This document shows, one piece after another, positions 1-11,603 of a DNA stretch of 64,000 nucleotides. The notes below the pieces were generated by a model, which was not told the origin of the DNA, did no database searches, and saw only the letters and a list, made by a program, of their open reading frames with translations. The translations under genes were made by a program, and so were the position numbers. Position 1 is the first letter of the stretch; each line of letters begins with the position of its first letter. The stretch spans positions 130,636,001-130,700,000 of the forward strand of contig NC_058368.1 of assembly GCF_018350175.1 (NCBI RefSeq), read 5' to 3'. Source of the stretch: Felis catus (taxonomy: Eukaryota).

Positions 1-57
1 ATGTAAGCCATAAATATTTCAGTTCAATATGAGAATATTTTAAAATAAGGAATTTTA

Positions 58-226
58 GGGGTGCTTGGGTGGCTCAGTTGGTTAAGCCTTTGACTTCAGC
101 TCAGGTCATGATCTCACAGTTTGTGAGTTTGAGCCCCGCATCAGGCTCTGTGCTGACACCTCAAAGCCTGGAGCCTGCTTCTGATTCTGTGTCTCCCTCT
201 GTCTCCGTCCCTCCCCCCCCAACTCA
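58..226 (+). mobile_element. CanSINE (SINEC), 3'-truncated, no (CT)n/polyA tail
   Basis: GGGGTGCTTGGGTGGCTCAGTTGGTTAAG A-box head and typical body; stops at CCCCCCAACTCA. Confidence 0.93.
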
Positions 227-232
227 AAACCA

Positions 233-675
233 AGTACTACTTGGCAATGAGAAAGAATGAAATCATGCCATTTGCAGCACTGTGGAGGGAAGTGGAGGGT
301 ATTATGCTAAGTGAAATAAGTCAATCAGAGAAGGACAGATATCATATGTTTTCCCTCATATGTGGATATTGAGAAACTTAACAGAAGACCACGGGGGAAA
401 GGAAGGGTAAAAAAAAAAGTTACCAACAGAGAGGGAGGGAGGCAAACCATAAGAGACCCTTAAATACAGAGAACAAACTGAGGGTAGATGGGGAGGGGGG
501 AAGAGGGGGAAATGGGTGATGGTCATAGAAGAGAGCATTTGTTGGGATGAGCACTGGGTGTTGTATGTAAGCAATGAACCACGGGAACCTACCCCAAAAC
601 CAAGAGCATGCTTTACACACTGTATGTTAGCCAATTTGACTTTAAATTATATTTTTAAAAACAAATTTTAAAAAA
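233..675 (+). mobile_element. Carnivore/felid L1 3' end (ORF2 C-terminus + 3'UTR)
   Basis: TACTACTTGGCAATGAGAAAGAATGAAATC...ATGCTAAGTGAAATAAGTCA...GGGATGAGCACTGGGTGTTGTATG; homologous to the minus copy at 17599-18643. Confidence 0.92.
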
Positions 676-1114
676 TGGTAATGTCAAGAGAACTGCTTTA
701 TTCCTTGGACTTCGGAGTATACACATCAAATTAACAAAGAAGGATCACTATATGCATTCCATTTTGTATGCAACTTATACCTACTCTAATTTTCCCTATC
801 ACAAACATAAAAGCCAGCTAGCTAGCCAGCTCCCAATAAATTGTACTTATTAGTCCTTTTGGCCAAAGCATGTAATTTAGTTGATTCCAGATTAGAGAGG
901 TAGAGCAGGATGTCTAACCACAATGTGAGGGCGCTGGCAACTTGTATAGCAATGGCAAGGATCGCAGGAACTTTGCAAAACTGGGACTACTTTTTTGTGA
1001 TTAATCTATTCTTCCTCTTCTCTCACCTTTCCCCTTCCAACACTATTAAGATTTGAGATACTTTCATTCTTTTCTGTTACCAGGGTTTTCTTTCTTGTTT
1101 CACTGTTTGTTTTA

Positions 1115-1345
1115 TCGCTTTATTGTGCTATAATTCATATACAAAGAAATGCCCATATTCAATGTGTATAATTTGATGAATTTAGATGAATATGCAAACA
1201 TTCATGACAACATGACCACAACCAACATAATAGACATATCCAGCAAGTCTCAAAGTTTCTGTGGATTCTTTTTCTTATTCTAATAGTAAGAACACTTAAC
1301 ATTAGATCTATCCACTTAAAAATTTTGAAATATATAATACCATCA
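1115..1345 (-). mobile_element. Old L1M 3' end fragment
   Basis: CTTTATTGTGCTATAATTCATATAC...GTGTATAATTTGATGAATTT resembles the reverse of L1M 3' termini. Confidence 0.65.
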
Positions 1346-1385
1346 AGTTTGCTCTCCAAAACTTATGTCAAGAAATGTGCATGGA

Positions 1386-1595
1386 GGGGCACCCGGGTGG
1401 CTCAGTTGGTTAAGCGGCCGACTTCAGCTCAGGTCATGATCTCGTGGCCCGTGAGTTCGAGCCCCGCTTCGGGCTCTGTGCTGACAGCTCAGAGCCTGGA
1501 GCCTGTTTCAGATTCTGTGTCTCCCTCTCTCTGACCCTCCCCCGTTCATGCTCTGTCTCTCTCTGTCTCAAAAATAAATAAACGTTAAAAAAAAA
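1386..1595 (+). mobile_element. CanSINE, full length
   Basis: A box, B box (GAGTTCGAGCC), (CT)n, AATAAA and A tail. Confidence 0.97.
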
Positions 1596-4500
1596 GAAAT
1601 TGTATTCCCTCTGGGAATAAGTGTCATGGGATACACATTTTTCTGTGAGGAATTAATAGATACTGATCCATCATTTCCTAGCACTCAGAGTTGCTCCAGA
1701 GAAAGCCCTCCCCTAGCATTTTTAATCATTGAACTACTAATGTATACTTCAACCTCTGAGAACTTCAGGTCAGGATCCAAGATGTTTCTACAAACACAGT
1801 TGGAAAAAAGGCTTAGAACAAACAGACTTGTTTTACTTTGTCCTATTATAAAAACCAGAATCTATAGACTGTTAGCTGAATAATGGGAACATTTGGGGAA
1901 GACTCTTCTCCTTATTTCCTGACACCCATATATCTTGGATAAAATTCACATGTCATCACTTTTATTTAATTTTTAATAAAAATATTTACTGCCTAAGACT
2001 TGCCCTTACTTTCCTAAACTTTTTTTCCCCTGAATTAAATTTTCCTGTATTTAGAAAGGTATTATTTAGTAGTCTTAAATAGAAATAAAACACCTTAGAA
2101 AAGAGAAACCAAAATATAAAGCATTTCTAGGACTCCTTTCTGCTCTTCTCAAGTCCCTATTTAAATAAAGAACGTCACAGGAATTGCTCTTAGAATAGTC
2201 TCTTCTTCCATCTACACTGTCACAGTACATTTGTTCTGTCCTGAAATTTGCAGGTGCACAGCGACCTAGGAAGTGTGAGGTAATAGTCTTTCCTATTTCC
2301 AATCCTGATATTTGCTGATGGATCAGCTGTCTCACCTCACGGTTGTTCTTTCCTTTCAGGACCAGGCCCAGCAATCTGTAACTAACTATAGAAGCTACTA
2401 CATGCACAGGGATTAAGTGTTATCTTCCAAGGTCAATGTGTAGTTATACTCTTAGTAGAATTTCCTCTTTCAATTGTATTTTATCTGATCATCTGGGAGA
2501 AGAAGAACTGAGATTTGTCTTGTGTTTTTAATTATTAATTTTTATTCTCCATCTATATTCTCATCTTTCTATGTCTATAGACTAGTTTTTAAAAATAAAT
2601 GTGTTTTCCATTTGGTGCTTCCCTATCTGTGGTTATGGAAAACCATCTGCTTTAGCTGGTTTCTGCAAGAAAGTTTCACCAAAATTAGAAAAATTTTACC
2701 TTGGCAAACTGCACACAAAGTCTATCATGTTATAGTCCCAGAAGCCTCTAGAGGAACTGAAAGCATGGTACTAATTAAGACTGAGTTGGTTCTTACACTG
2801 AGTCAAGATTTTGGAAATATATTTTATCAGCCTTCACAGTTGAAAAACTTCACTATATATGATATACCTGCTTTAAGCAATCACCAATTTGGCTTCAGAG
2901 TTTGCAGAAGTTTTGCCAACTCTGTGTCTAAAACTTATTTTGTTCGTACTGTATGTGAAGTTAGCTTATCCTACTGGAAAATAGAACATTTAAAGTATCA
3001 AGGGAAGAATAAATGATTAATTTTTAGTGAAAAAGCACATATAACTGGGAAAAACATTTACATGACGCGAACTGGGCTGATTTTTATGAGTTTACAAAGG
3101 TAATCTTTTTTTCTTTGCACAAGAGTTTCTTGCAGTATTGTTACGATTAAAAATATCTCATGTCAGTTTCTCCACTAAAAGAGAATTATATTATTATAAT
3201 TTCTGGGTACATTTTGAAGAGTTCAATTTTTAATGGCAAACCAAAATGAAAAGGCTTTCAATTACATATGGCAAAAATGTAGAAAATGTATACTAAAATA
3301 AAAACACTTGTAAAACTCACAGAAATGGAGAAAATAGACAAGTGGTGATATACTGCTGTATACAACTCCAAGCACAGACCGTAAAATAATCACTTGTGGC
3401 CTATAAGAGTCAATATAATTACTTCCTTCGAACCATTATCCAGAGGAAGGAAAGGGAAATACTTCACTCCTGTCAACTCCTAATGGAGCAGAAAGCTTAA
3501 GCTGGACACTGGGTTGTGAAGCAAGTAATGTTCTCTGTAATTCCAACAACTAAAATGGTTACCTTTTCACAATGCTAAAAGAGGAACGGCAATAATATAA
3601 TAAGGTATTGTGTTGCATTATTAATAATTATTCCTACCGTTAGTGAAAATGCCAGGCAAAAACTGGAAATCCTGTTTTTCCTTCTTATAGGCCAAAACTT
3701 CCCCCTTAATTCATTTTTCTCCTTTATCAGCTACTCCTAAAACAAATGACCTTGATATGTTAAATGGTAGTTTCAAGCATGGAAGAGACGGGAGATCTAA
3801 GAAAAGAGAATTGTGGCTTTTAGACAAACGCATGTCAGTAGTATAGTTAGCTTAGGAAAGAATAAGTTTTTAATTAAGCAGCGCAACTTGAAAACATTGT
3901 ATTCATTTCATCTTTATGTTATTCATTGAAAGTTGAGTATTCAAACATAGCACGGTTACAAATGACAGAAATACCTGGAGTGGTGAGATAAGCTGATATC
4001 TTCTTATGATTACCGGCCCTGCCACTAATTCTGCATCACTGAACATAAATACCTTTTCAGCATAACCTCTCCACTGTCTTTTTAGGGAGAAATGTCTCAG
4101 TTTGGTTGTGCTTTCTTAATGAGTCTCTGGAATGCACCAACAAGAGGCTGAAATTACAGGTATAGTTCTATTTGGGTACATACTTCTTTGATAATAAAGA
4201 ATCCAAGCAGATGAATGAATACTTAAGATTCCTTTGGCACAATCCTGACCTCTCTGCCTGAGTTCAGGCCTTCTAATTCATCACATGAGAGAGAAAATTG
4301 CCTTGAAAACTCTCAATGTCACTGACCTTTATGAACCTAATAACAAAAACTAGTGAACTGCTCATCGATACAGAGAAGATCCTCATTTCACCGATGGTAC
4401 GACTGCCCAATAAAACTTCCTTTAGAAAGCTTATGTTTCCTGTTTAAACTCTTTAGCTGCAGAGGATTTCAGATAGGTCTCCAACTTCTCTGGTCATTGT

Positions 4501-4989
4501 TTTCCACATAGACTTCTATCAACCTAAGTTTGCACAGTTAAAGCCTTGATTAATGCACAGGGTGAAAAAGCCTCTTTCATCCATGTGCTGAGAGCTGACA
4601 GGTTCTGTGACAACATCATAAGCAGAAACTGTTTGGACAATCAGTCATTGCAAGGCCACCTGAAAGTTTGGCCATTTGCGAAGAAATGAAAACTGACATA
4701 GAATAGGCAACTCATCCTAAAATCATATTTGGGAAAATAGTTCTGATGCGTGTCTCATTGGAAACAGAAAGCTTTTAAAATTATTCCCCCTGTGACATTT
4801 TCTGTAAGCTACAAATTTCACTGTTTTTCACCAAAGTTAAGTGGATCTGAACTGATATTGCCTTATCTGGTTCTTCTTGTAAATCTATTTTATTCAATAC
4901 TTCTATGAAGCAACAACTGTAGGAGTTTCAGGGAGACAGTGGGGAAAAAAAAGAGAATGGGAGAAATAATGGGGAAAACAACGAGCAAT

Positions 4990-5240
4990 AAGCAGATAAC
5001 TAAATATCACATAATTCCAGATAGAGATGAGTTCAGATTGAGACAGATTTCAGGGAGAAACAGTATAAAATAAGTCAAGGCAATGGAATGTGTACTGTGT
5101 GTGTACATGTGTGAACACCAGGCTGTCTTGAAAAAGTATCAAGCAAAGACATCGATGAAGAAAAGGAGCCAGCCATGCAAAGATCTGAGTGAGTTGTGTT
5201 ATAGACAGAGGGAATAGCAAATGCAAACAACACACCGCGT
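4990..5240 (-). mobile_element. L2 fragment
   Basis: GGAGCCAGCCATGCAAAGATCTG...AGACAGAGGGAATAGCAAATGCAAA is a typical antisense L2 motif. Confidence 0.65.
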
Positions 5241-8200
5241 TCACCTTGCTTGAAGGTTAAATGAAATATAACCTATTTCCTTGATAGCTAAGTCTATATA
5301 AATAACATGAGCCCAGTAAAATTGCCTAAGGTTCTGAAAGTGAAACTAGTTTCTGTCTCCCTGGTGTTAAGTCACACCACACTAAGAAGCCAAACAGGGG
5401 GAAAACATGGTATTGGAAGCAATGTGCTTTGCAAAGTTCACATGGTATTGTTTTTAATGTGTTGATGGAAAAGCCAGGTTGCCTTTCTTTACTAACTGCT
5501 CTTTCATTACTACATACTTGGCTCTAGAGATTTTTCCCGATCTGTCATTCTCTGTCTTTGAAAATGAAAACCTTGGAGGATTCAACACCATTAATCTGGT
5601 TTTTTTTTTCATTAATCTGTTGAGTTATTAAAAAGGCACATTGTTCCCCTTCACTTAAAATAAAGCATTTATGTTACTTGGGAAGAACTCTTTGACACTA
5701 ACTGTCACTGTATAAATAATAGATATACCACTCCAGAAAGCAGTCAGAAAAACTGACATTTGCCTCTTATCAGGTTTTGATGCAAGACCAAAATGGAATT
5801 GTGTGTATATAATTACATGTTGCAGAGCAGTTAATGTACTCACTATTATTCTGTGAGCTTTTAAAGGACCAAATGTCTATTCTCTGAATTTACTGGAATT
5901 AAGATTTACACATTCCTGTAGTCAAAATGATTTGGAATCACAACAGGAATAAAATAGATGTTCAGAAATAATACTTACAGCTTCATAATTAAATTCTCTG
6001 CTAAGGGAGTACTCTTTGAAACACGCATATTGGTGTTTGGCCAAGAAAATACTCCTGATGGCAATAAGTGGGTGTTTCTAAAGCTGATTTCAAACAGAGT
6101 TTTGAAAAGGTGGCTGTAAACATTAGAAACTATATTGTTCAGAAGCAATATAAAAACTACTTTGGAAACGAGGTAAATGTACTAGGTAGAGTGGGAGTTT
6201 TTAAAGATTGATGTATGTATGAAATGATAACTTGAAGGAAAATTTATGGTTACATTATGTAAAAATTAAAAACCTCATTCTCAAAGAAACATTACAGGGT
6301 AATTTCAGAAAGATTCCAAAGTGTTTAGAGGAATAGAATTTGTTCATTTTCCCCCCCAAATCAGCTAGAAATTTTTTTTAAAGAATATTCCCCTTCACTT
6401 TATTCCTTCCTCATAAATTTCAAGTACTCCAGTAAATTTCATAGAAGCAGTTTCTAAAAGATTTTCTCTCCAGAGAACATAAGGATCCCAAGCCAGAGGG
6501 AGAAAAATAATGAGATGCAAATATAGGATAACTCAGGGGAAGCTTAACAGGTTCTTTCCTTTTTTCCTCTTTTCCCTTCTGGCAGTAAGAGTGGGAACCA
6601 CTGTGGGAAAATGTGGATGGGCTCACATACATGCTAGTGGGTATATTTACACACAGTTAAGTGCTTAGAGGTAATGTAGAGGTGAATTTGAGCCTCAGAG
6701 CTGAGCACAGGGACAAAGTCTACTTTATTAGACTAATTGGAAGGATATCAAATAAGCTTGGCCGTCTAACAAGAGGAGGTGTGCTCCATCCATTTGGAGG
6801 AGATGGTGAAGAAAAGTTGACTGTTGCTAGACAAGTCACGTTTTTACACACAGTCTTTGCAAGCTGACTTCAGGGAATCATGCGCATAGTTTAACGGAGA
6901 GAGAGGGTGCTGTGTTAAATATATGTCTTTATGTCATTTAATACTCTTTTTTCCCTGCAAAATACAGTTAGCCATTTGTTACGATTAATCTGCAATCTTT
7001 TTTGGTCACTCTGAAGATTCCTAGTTCCTGATTCTGGGCACAGTATGACATTTACCTGAGCAGACAGGAGAGTATCACTAGAAGATGCGAAAGGGGATGT
7101 AGGTGCCTACGGATTACTATGAATGTAGAGAGGAGCACAGTGTGGAGAAAAGGGAGAAGCCAGGGACCTTTCCCCTCATTCAGGAGCCCACATGATTCCT
7201 AAAGCCAGCTACCACTGGCAGAGAATTCCATCTCCAAGTTACCCTTAAGATGCAAGCCACTGCCCCCCATCTTTGTGGTTAGCAAGAGCCTGGGGTATGG
7301 AGGGGGAGTCTTTTCTTGTTTAACATTAAATGGTGCTTTATAAACTAAGAATGAATGTCAGCACTCTTCGGGTTTTTAAAAAAGTGATGGAACTGGTCAG
7401 AGAGGACCTCAGTCCACCAACATCACTGTAATAATGGAAAATCCTGACGAGGCTGGATGCTGCATGACTTGTGTGCTCAACTTGAAGTTTATACATGCCT
7501 GTGAGCCTCGATCTTCTAATGACCAGTAAAGTGCTTTTGTTTCCATGATCATACTACAGTGATGGCAAAGTAAGAATTCCCCCAATGATCAATTATTACC
7601 TCAAGTGTCTACGTAATCTTTAGTACCAGGATGGATAGCCTTTTTTCTGGTGAGAAAAGGACATCGTCAGTGATGTCATCTGATGCACTGCAGTTGATAC
7701 GTTATCTGGCCCACAGGTCAGAACTGGATAGAAGGGTTGGTTTCAACTCAACTTGAAACATTAACCAAGGCTTATGAGGTCCAAAGCTACATGTGAATCA
7801 CAATTTAGGGGAACTGCTTTGCTTTGTTTATCCTTCGTCCAGGAAGGCAGAATACAGGTAAGCCAAAGGAATCTATCAGAACACTTTCTATTCCACAAAC
7901 AGAGCAAAAATAAGAAACGGGTATGTTGAAAATCTGAGTTTGAGTCCTGGTTGCATCACTTACTCTCTTCATTAGGATCACAGTAGAGTGTATAATTTCA
8001 TATATGATGGTTTAAGTGAAAGATACCAAGATGGATTGTATTTTATGTTTTGTCTTGTGTTTTATGTCCTAAATTCATTCTCTTTCTCCCTCTCCCACCT
8101 CTTTCTCTCTCTTTTCTCTCTTCTCCCTCATCCCTTCTCTTCATCTCTATCAGTGGGTCATAGCTGGTATAAGCATTTCTGGTTCCATGTTTCAACTCTA

Positions 8201-8838
8201 CAGACCCAATTTGGCCCTCCAGTATAGAATGGTAACTAGACTTGGGAAAAGGTACTTAAGATCAAATCTCTATTTTAGCCTTATCAATAGTAATGCTGAT
8301 ATCTTGGTCTCCATATGTCTGTTACATATGCCTATTTCTTCATTGACCCCATCTCAAATTGCAGGAAGAGACAAGGTGTGATTGATTACCAAGCCCAAAT
8401 CCCAGTATCTGTGTGTGGTGATGCTGGGTTGGGAGAAGCCCTGTTGAGCATGGCACTTTCAGATAAAGTTTTCCTAGTACATTAGCTTCTGTTAGCAAAG
8501 CCTGTTGACTAACTCCTCAGCAAATTGTTGTTCCTTTTCTCCCCTTTTCCACTTTTCACTAACCATGTCAAAGGGCATAATTATTGAAGCAGGGAGTGGG
8601 GAGAAGTTTGAGCCATCTGAGCAATGTGTAACACAGAATGTGTTTAAAGGCAATAGGACACATTCCTTAAATCAACAAACTGAATTCCTCCCAAATACTG
8701 ACCTTCTTCTGGTACTGACTGTAAAAGCTGCAATGTGATAGTTAAGTGAATGGCCCATTGTTTTTCTTCTCTTCATCAAATGTTCTGTAAATTACATACG
8801 GGGAACAACATTAATTTATGAGTAAGGTACCATTAAAT

Positions 8839-8840
<2 letters not shown>

Positions 8841-8884
<44 letters not shown>
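8841..8884. repeat. (GT)22 microsatellite
   Basis: Direct read. Confidence 0.99.
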
Positions 8885-8885
<1 letters not shown>

Positions 8886-9404
8886 CTCAAGCTCTGAGGT
8901 CTATTTGCCAATTGCCTCATCTGTAAGAGAATAATCCAGGGAGCCATGTTGTCTCATTGCATTAACTAGTCAAATAAATAAGGTATCCAGAAAGGGAGCA
9001 TATGTACTCCCTCTAGATTACTAAATTTATTCTGATGTAAGGTGTCACTTCAAAGATCGGCAGCTAAGAACCAGAAAGTAGTATATAATTCCTCAGATTT
9101 TGGTGATCTGAGATCCACCCCCACCATAAATTGCCTGTAGTTTGCTTTCTTGATGGCTCCTCCAGGAAGTGGAGCTGGCATTAATGCTAATGCACAAGGG
9201 GTAGGGACTCTCCTTCTCATTACAGATGTGCCTAAGATTTAGGTTATTAATCAGGGCGACAAACAATACTCCACTACTTCCTACAGTAAGATTTTAGGGG
9301 CCATCTTTTTAAAATGCACCACTTTATACACCTTCTTTCCTTAAGATAAAAGTTGTAAACTAGTGGTCCCTGGGCTGAACTTAACTGACAGAATAACTCA
9401 CTCA

Positions 9405-9590
9405 TTTCTAAAATTAAACACTATTTTTGAGCTAATTATAGATTCATATATGAATCTGTTGTGAGAAAGAGAGAGACATCTTATATACTTTAAACCCAGT
9501 TTCTCCCAGTAGTCACATCTTGCAAAACAATAGAAAAGTATCTCAACCAGGATATTGATATTGCTACAATCTATCAATCTCATCCACAGA
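9405..9590 (-). mobile_element. Old L1M 3' end fragment
   Basis: TAATTATAGATTCATATATGAATCTG...ACCCAGTTTCTCCCAGTAGTCACATCTTGCAAAAC...CAACCAGGATATTGATATTG. Confidence 0.7.
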
Positions 9591-9664
9591 CTTGTGGATA
9601 ATTTTAACTCAAATCATGTTGTACATATGATTATCAACTAATATTTACAAATTTACGGAACAGT

Positions 9665-9875
9665 GGAGTATCTGGGTGGCTTAGTCAGTTAAGTGTCTGA
9701 CTCTTGATCTCGGCTCAGGGCACGATATCATGGTTTCTGAGTTCGAGTCCCACGATGGGCTCTGTGCTGACAGTGCAGGGCCTGCCTGGAATTCTCTTTC
9801 TCCCCCTCTCTCTACCCCTACTCTGCTCATTCTCTATTTTTTCTCTCTCTCAAAATAAATCAATAACACTTAAAA
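9665..9875 (+). mobile_element. CanSINE (older subfamily)
   Basis: CTGGGTGGCTTAGTCAGTTAAGTGTCTGACTCTTGATCTCGGCTCAGG head, CT tract, A tail. Confidence 0.93.
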
Positions 9876-10339
9876 TTTTGCATAATAGTATGGATTTAAA
9901 TCATCTCAAAATTGGGCCTGCATTCTACATATAACATTAGGCTAGAACTGAACAGCATTTTTATTAGCCAACATAAATTCTTCATTTGGTACCAGTCCTC
10001 ACCTACCCCAGGTGTTTCCTTAATAGGTAGCCCAACTCATGTATTTATGTTCCTATGAATGTCCCCCTTGTAATCTGGGATGCATCTAATCCTCTATTAG
10101 CAAGTCTGTACCCAGTGTGCTAAACCTTGCAGATATCCAGCAGAGGGCACTCCATCCCTGCCTGTGTTCAACTGTAGCTGGGAAGACTGAAGGTACCATT
10201 AGGCCTCTGAACAGTGAATAATTGGAGTCCTTAGCGAAAGAGGCCAGATATTTCTCAAAAGGATAATGTCACCAGATGAAATGAAATGAAATAATAATTT
10301 GAGATTATACGTCAAATGAAATTTTTTTATTTCTAGTCT

Positions 10340-10740
10340 TGACTTTTCCCTGAGTCTCCAACATATTCAACAACCTATTTGATATCTCGACTTGGAAATT
10401 TAACATGTCTAAACTTAACATACCAAAACTGTACCATTTGTTACCTTTCTCCTAAACCTCAGAGTCCTCATTTCAGTAACAAGTTCCACCATGTAACTAC
10501 TTGTTCAAGCCAAAGACATGGAAATCTATCTTGATTCATCCCTTTACCTCAAACCAACCTAACATCTCTTCATATCAAGTTCATCTGTACATCTTATTGG
10601 TTGTGTCTCCAAAATAGATCTTTAATCTACTAACCATCAAGTCCAGCCTATCATGATCTCTCACCTGGATTAATGCACCAACTTCCTACCCGGTCCATCT
10701 GTTTCCATTTTTGCCCCTTTAAAAATCCATTCTATAGACA
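10340..10740 (+). mobile_element. L2 fragment
   Basis: CCTATTTGATATCTCGACTTGG...AAACTTAACATACCAAAACTG...ATCTCTCACCTGGATTA...AATCCATTCT. Confidence 0.75.
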
Positions 10741-10744
10741 TTTT

Positions 10745-11603
10745 TTCAGATGGCAAACAGACATGTGAGAGGATACTCAAAATTACTCATCATCAGGGAA
10801 ATATAAATCAAAACTATAATAAGATATCACCACACCTTTCAGAATGACTGAATTCAACAACACAGGAAACAGGTGAAAGGGGAACCCTCTTACACTGTTG
10901 ATGGGAGTGCAAACTGGTGCAGCCACTCTGGAAAACAATATAGAGGTTCCTCAATAAGTTAAAATTACAACCACCCTACAATGCAGCAATTTCAGTACTA
11001 TGTATTTAACCAAAGGATACACAAATACTGATTCAAAGGGACACCTGCACCCTGATGTTCAAAGCAGCATTACCAACAACAGCCAAATTATGCAAAGAGC
11101 CCAAATGTCCACCAACTGATGAATGGATAAAGAAGATGTGGTGTATATACAGCTCCCCCAAACACCCACACCACCCCCACTCCCCCCATACACACAATGG
11201 AATATTACTCAGCCATCAAAAAGAATGAAACCTTGCCATTTGCAATGACATGGATGGAGCTAGAGAGTATTATGCTAAGTGAAATAAATCAGTCAGAAAG
11301 AGACAAATACCATATAATTTCATTTATGTGGAATTTAAGAAACAAAACAGATGAACATAGGTTAAGGGGGGAAAAAGGAAGCACATCAGAAGAAACTCTT
11401 AACAATAGAGAACAAACTGAGGGTTGATAAAGGGAGGTGGGTGAGGTATGGGCTAAATGGGTGGTAGGTATTAAGGTGGGCACTTGTTGGGATGAGCACT
11501 GGTGTTTTATATAAGTGATGAATCAATGAATTCTACTTCTGAAACCAATATTACACTGCATGTTACCTACCTAGAATTTAAATAAAAAATTTGAAGAAAA
11601 AAA
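10745..11603 (+). mobile_element. Carnivore L1 (L1_Carn-like) 3' ~860 bp
   Basis: ORF 11197-11427 MEYYSAIKKNETLPFAMTWMELESIMLSEI is the ORF2 C-terminus; 3'UTR ends GAATTTAAATAAA plus A tail. Confidence 0.93.

Larger units (their letters stand above)
9348..10070 (+). mobile_element. MER102-like hAT-Charlie relic, interrupted by an L1 fragment and a SINE
   Basis: AAGTTGTAAACTAGTGGTCCCTGGGCTGAA start and TGGGCCTGCATTCTACATATAACATTAGGCTAGAACTGA internal motif resemble remembered MER102 consensus. Confidence 0.45.

Noticed and set aside
69..260. Recurrent ORFs such as MAQLVK...SAQVMIS...LEPASDSVSP and GQRETEHERGRGRE
   Set aside because: Translations of CanSINE copies, not a gene family.
2254..2279. 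Possible 26-nt + strand exon (TTGCAG|...GAG|GTAATA)
   Set aside because: Weak pyrimidine tract, frame-shifting length and no partner exons.
2522..3016. Longest ORF in the window (164 aa)
   Set aside because: GTG start, F/L/S/I-rich composition typical of AT-rich noncoding DNA, no recognisable domain or splice framing.
7600..7646. Possible 47-nt minus-strand exon with CTGAC branch point, CAG acceptor and GTAATA donor
   Set aside because: Stop codons in all three frames; could only be noncoding or poison, with no supporting evidence.
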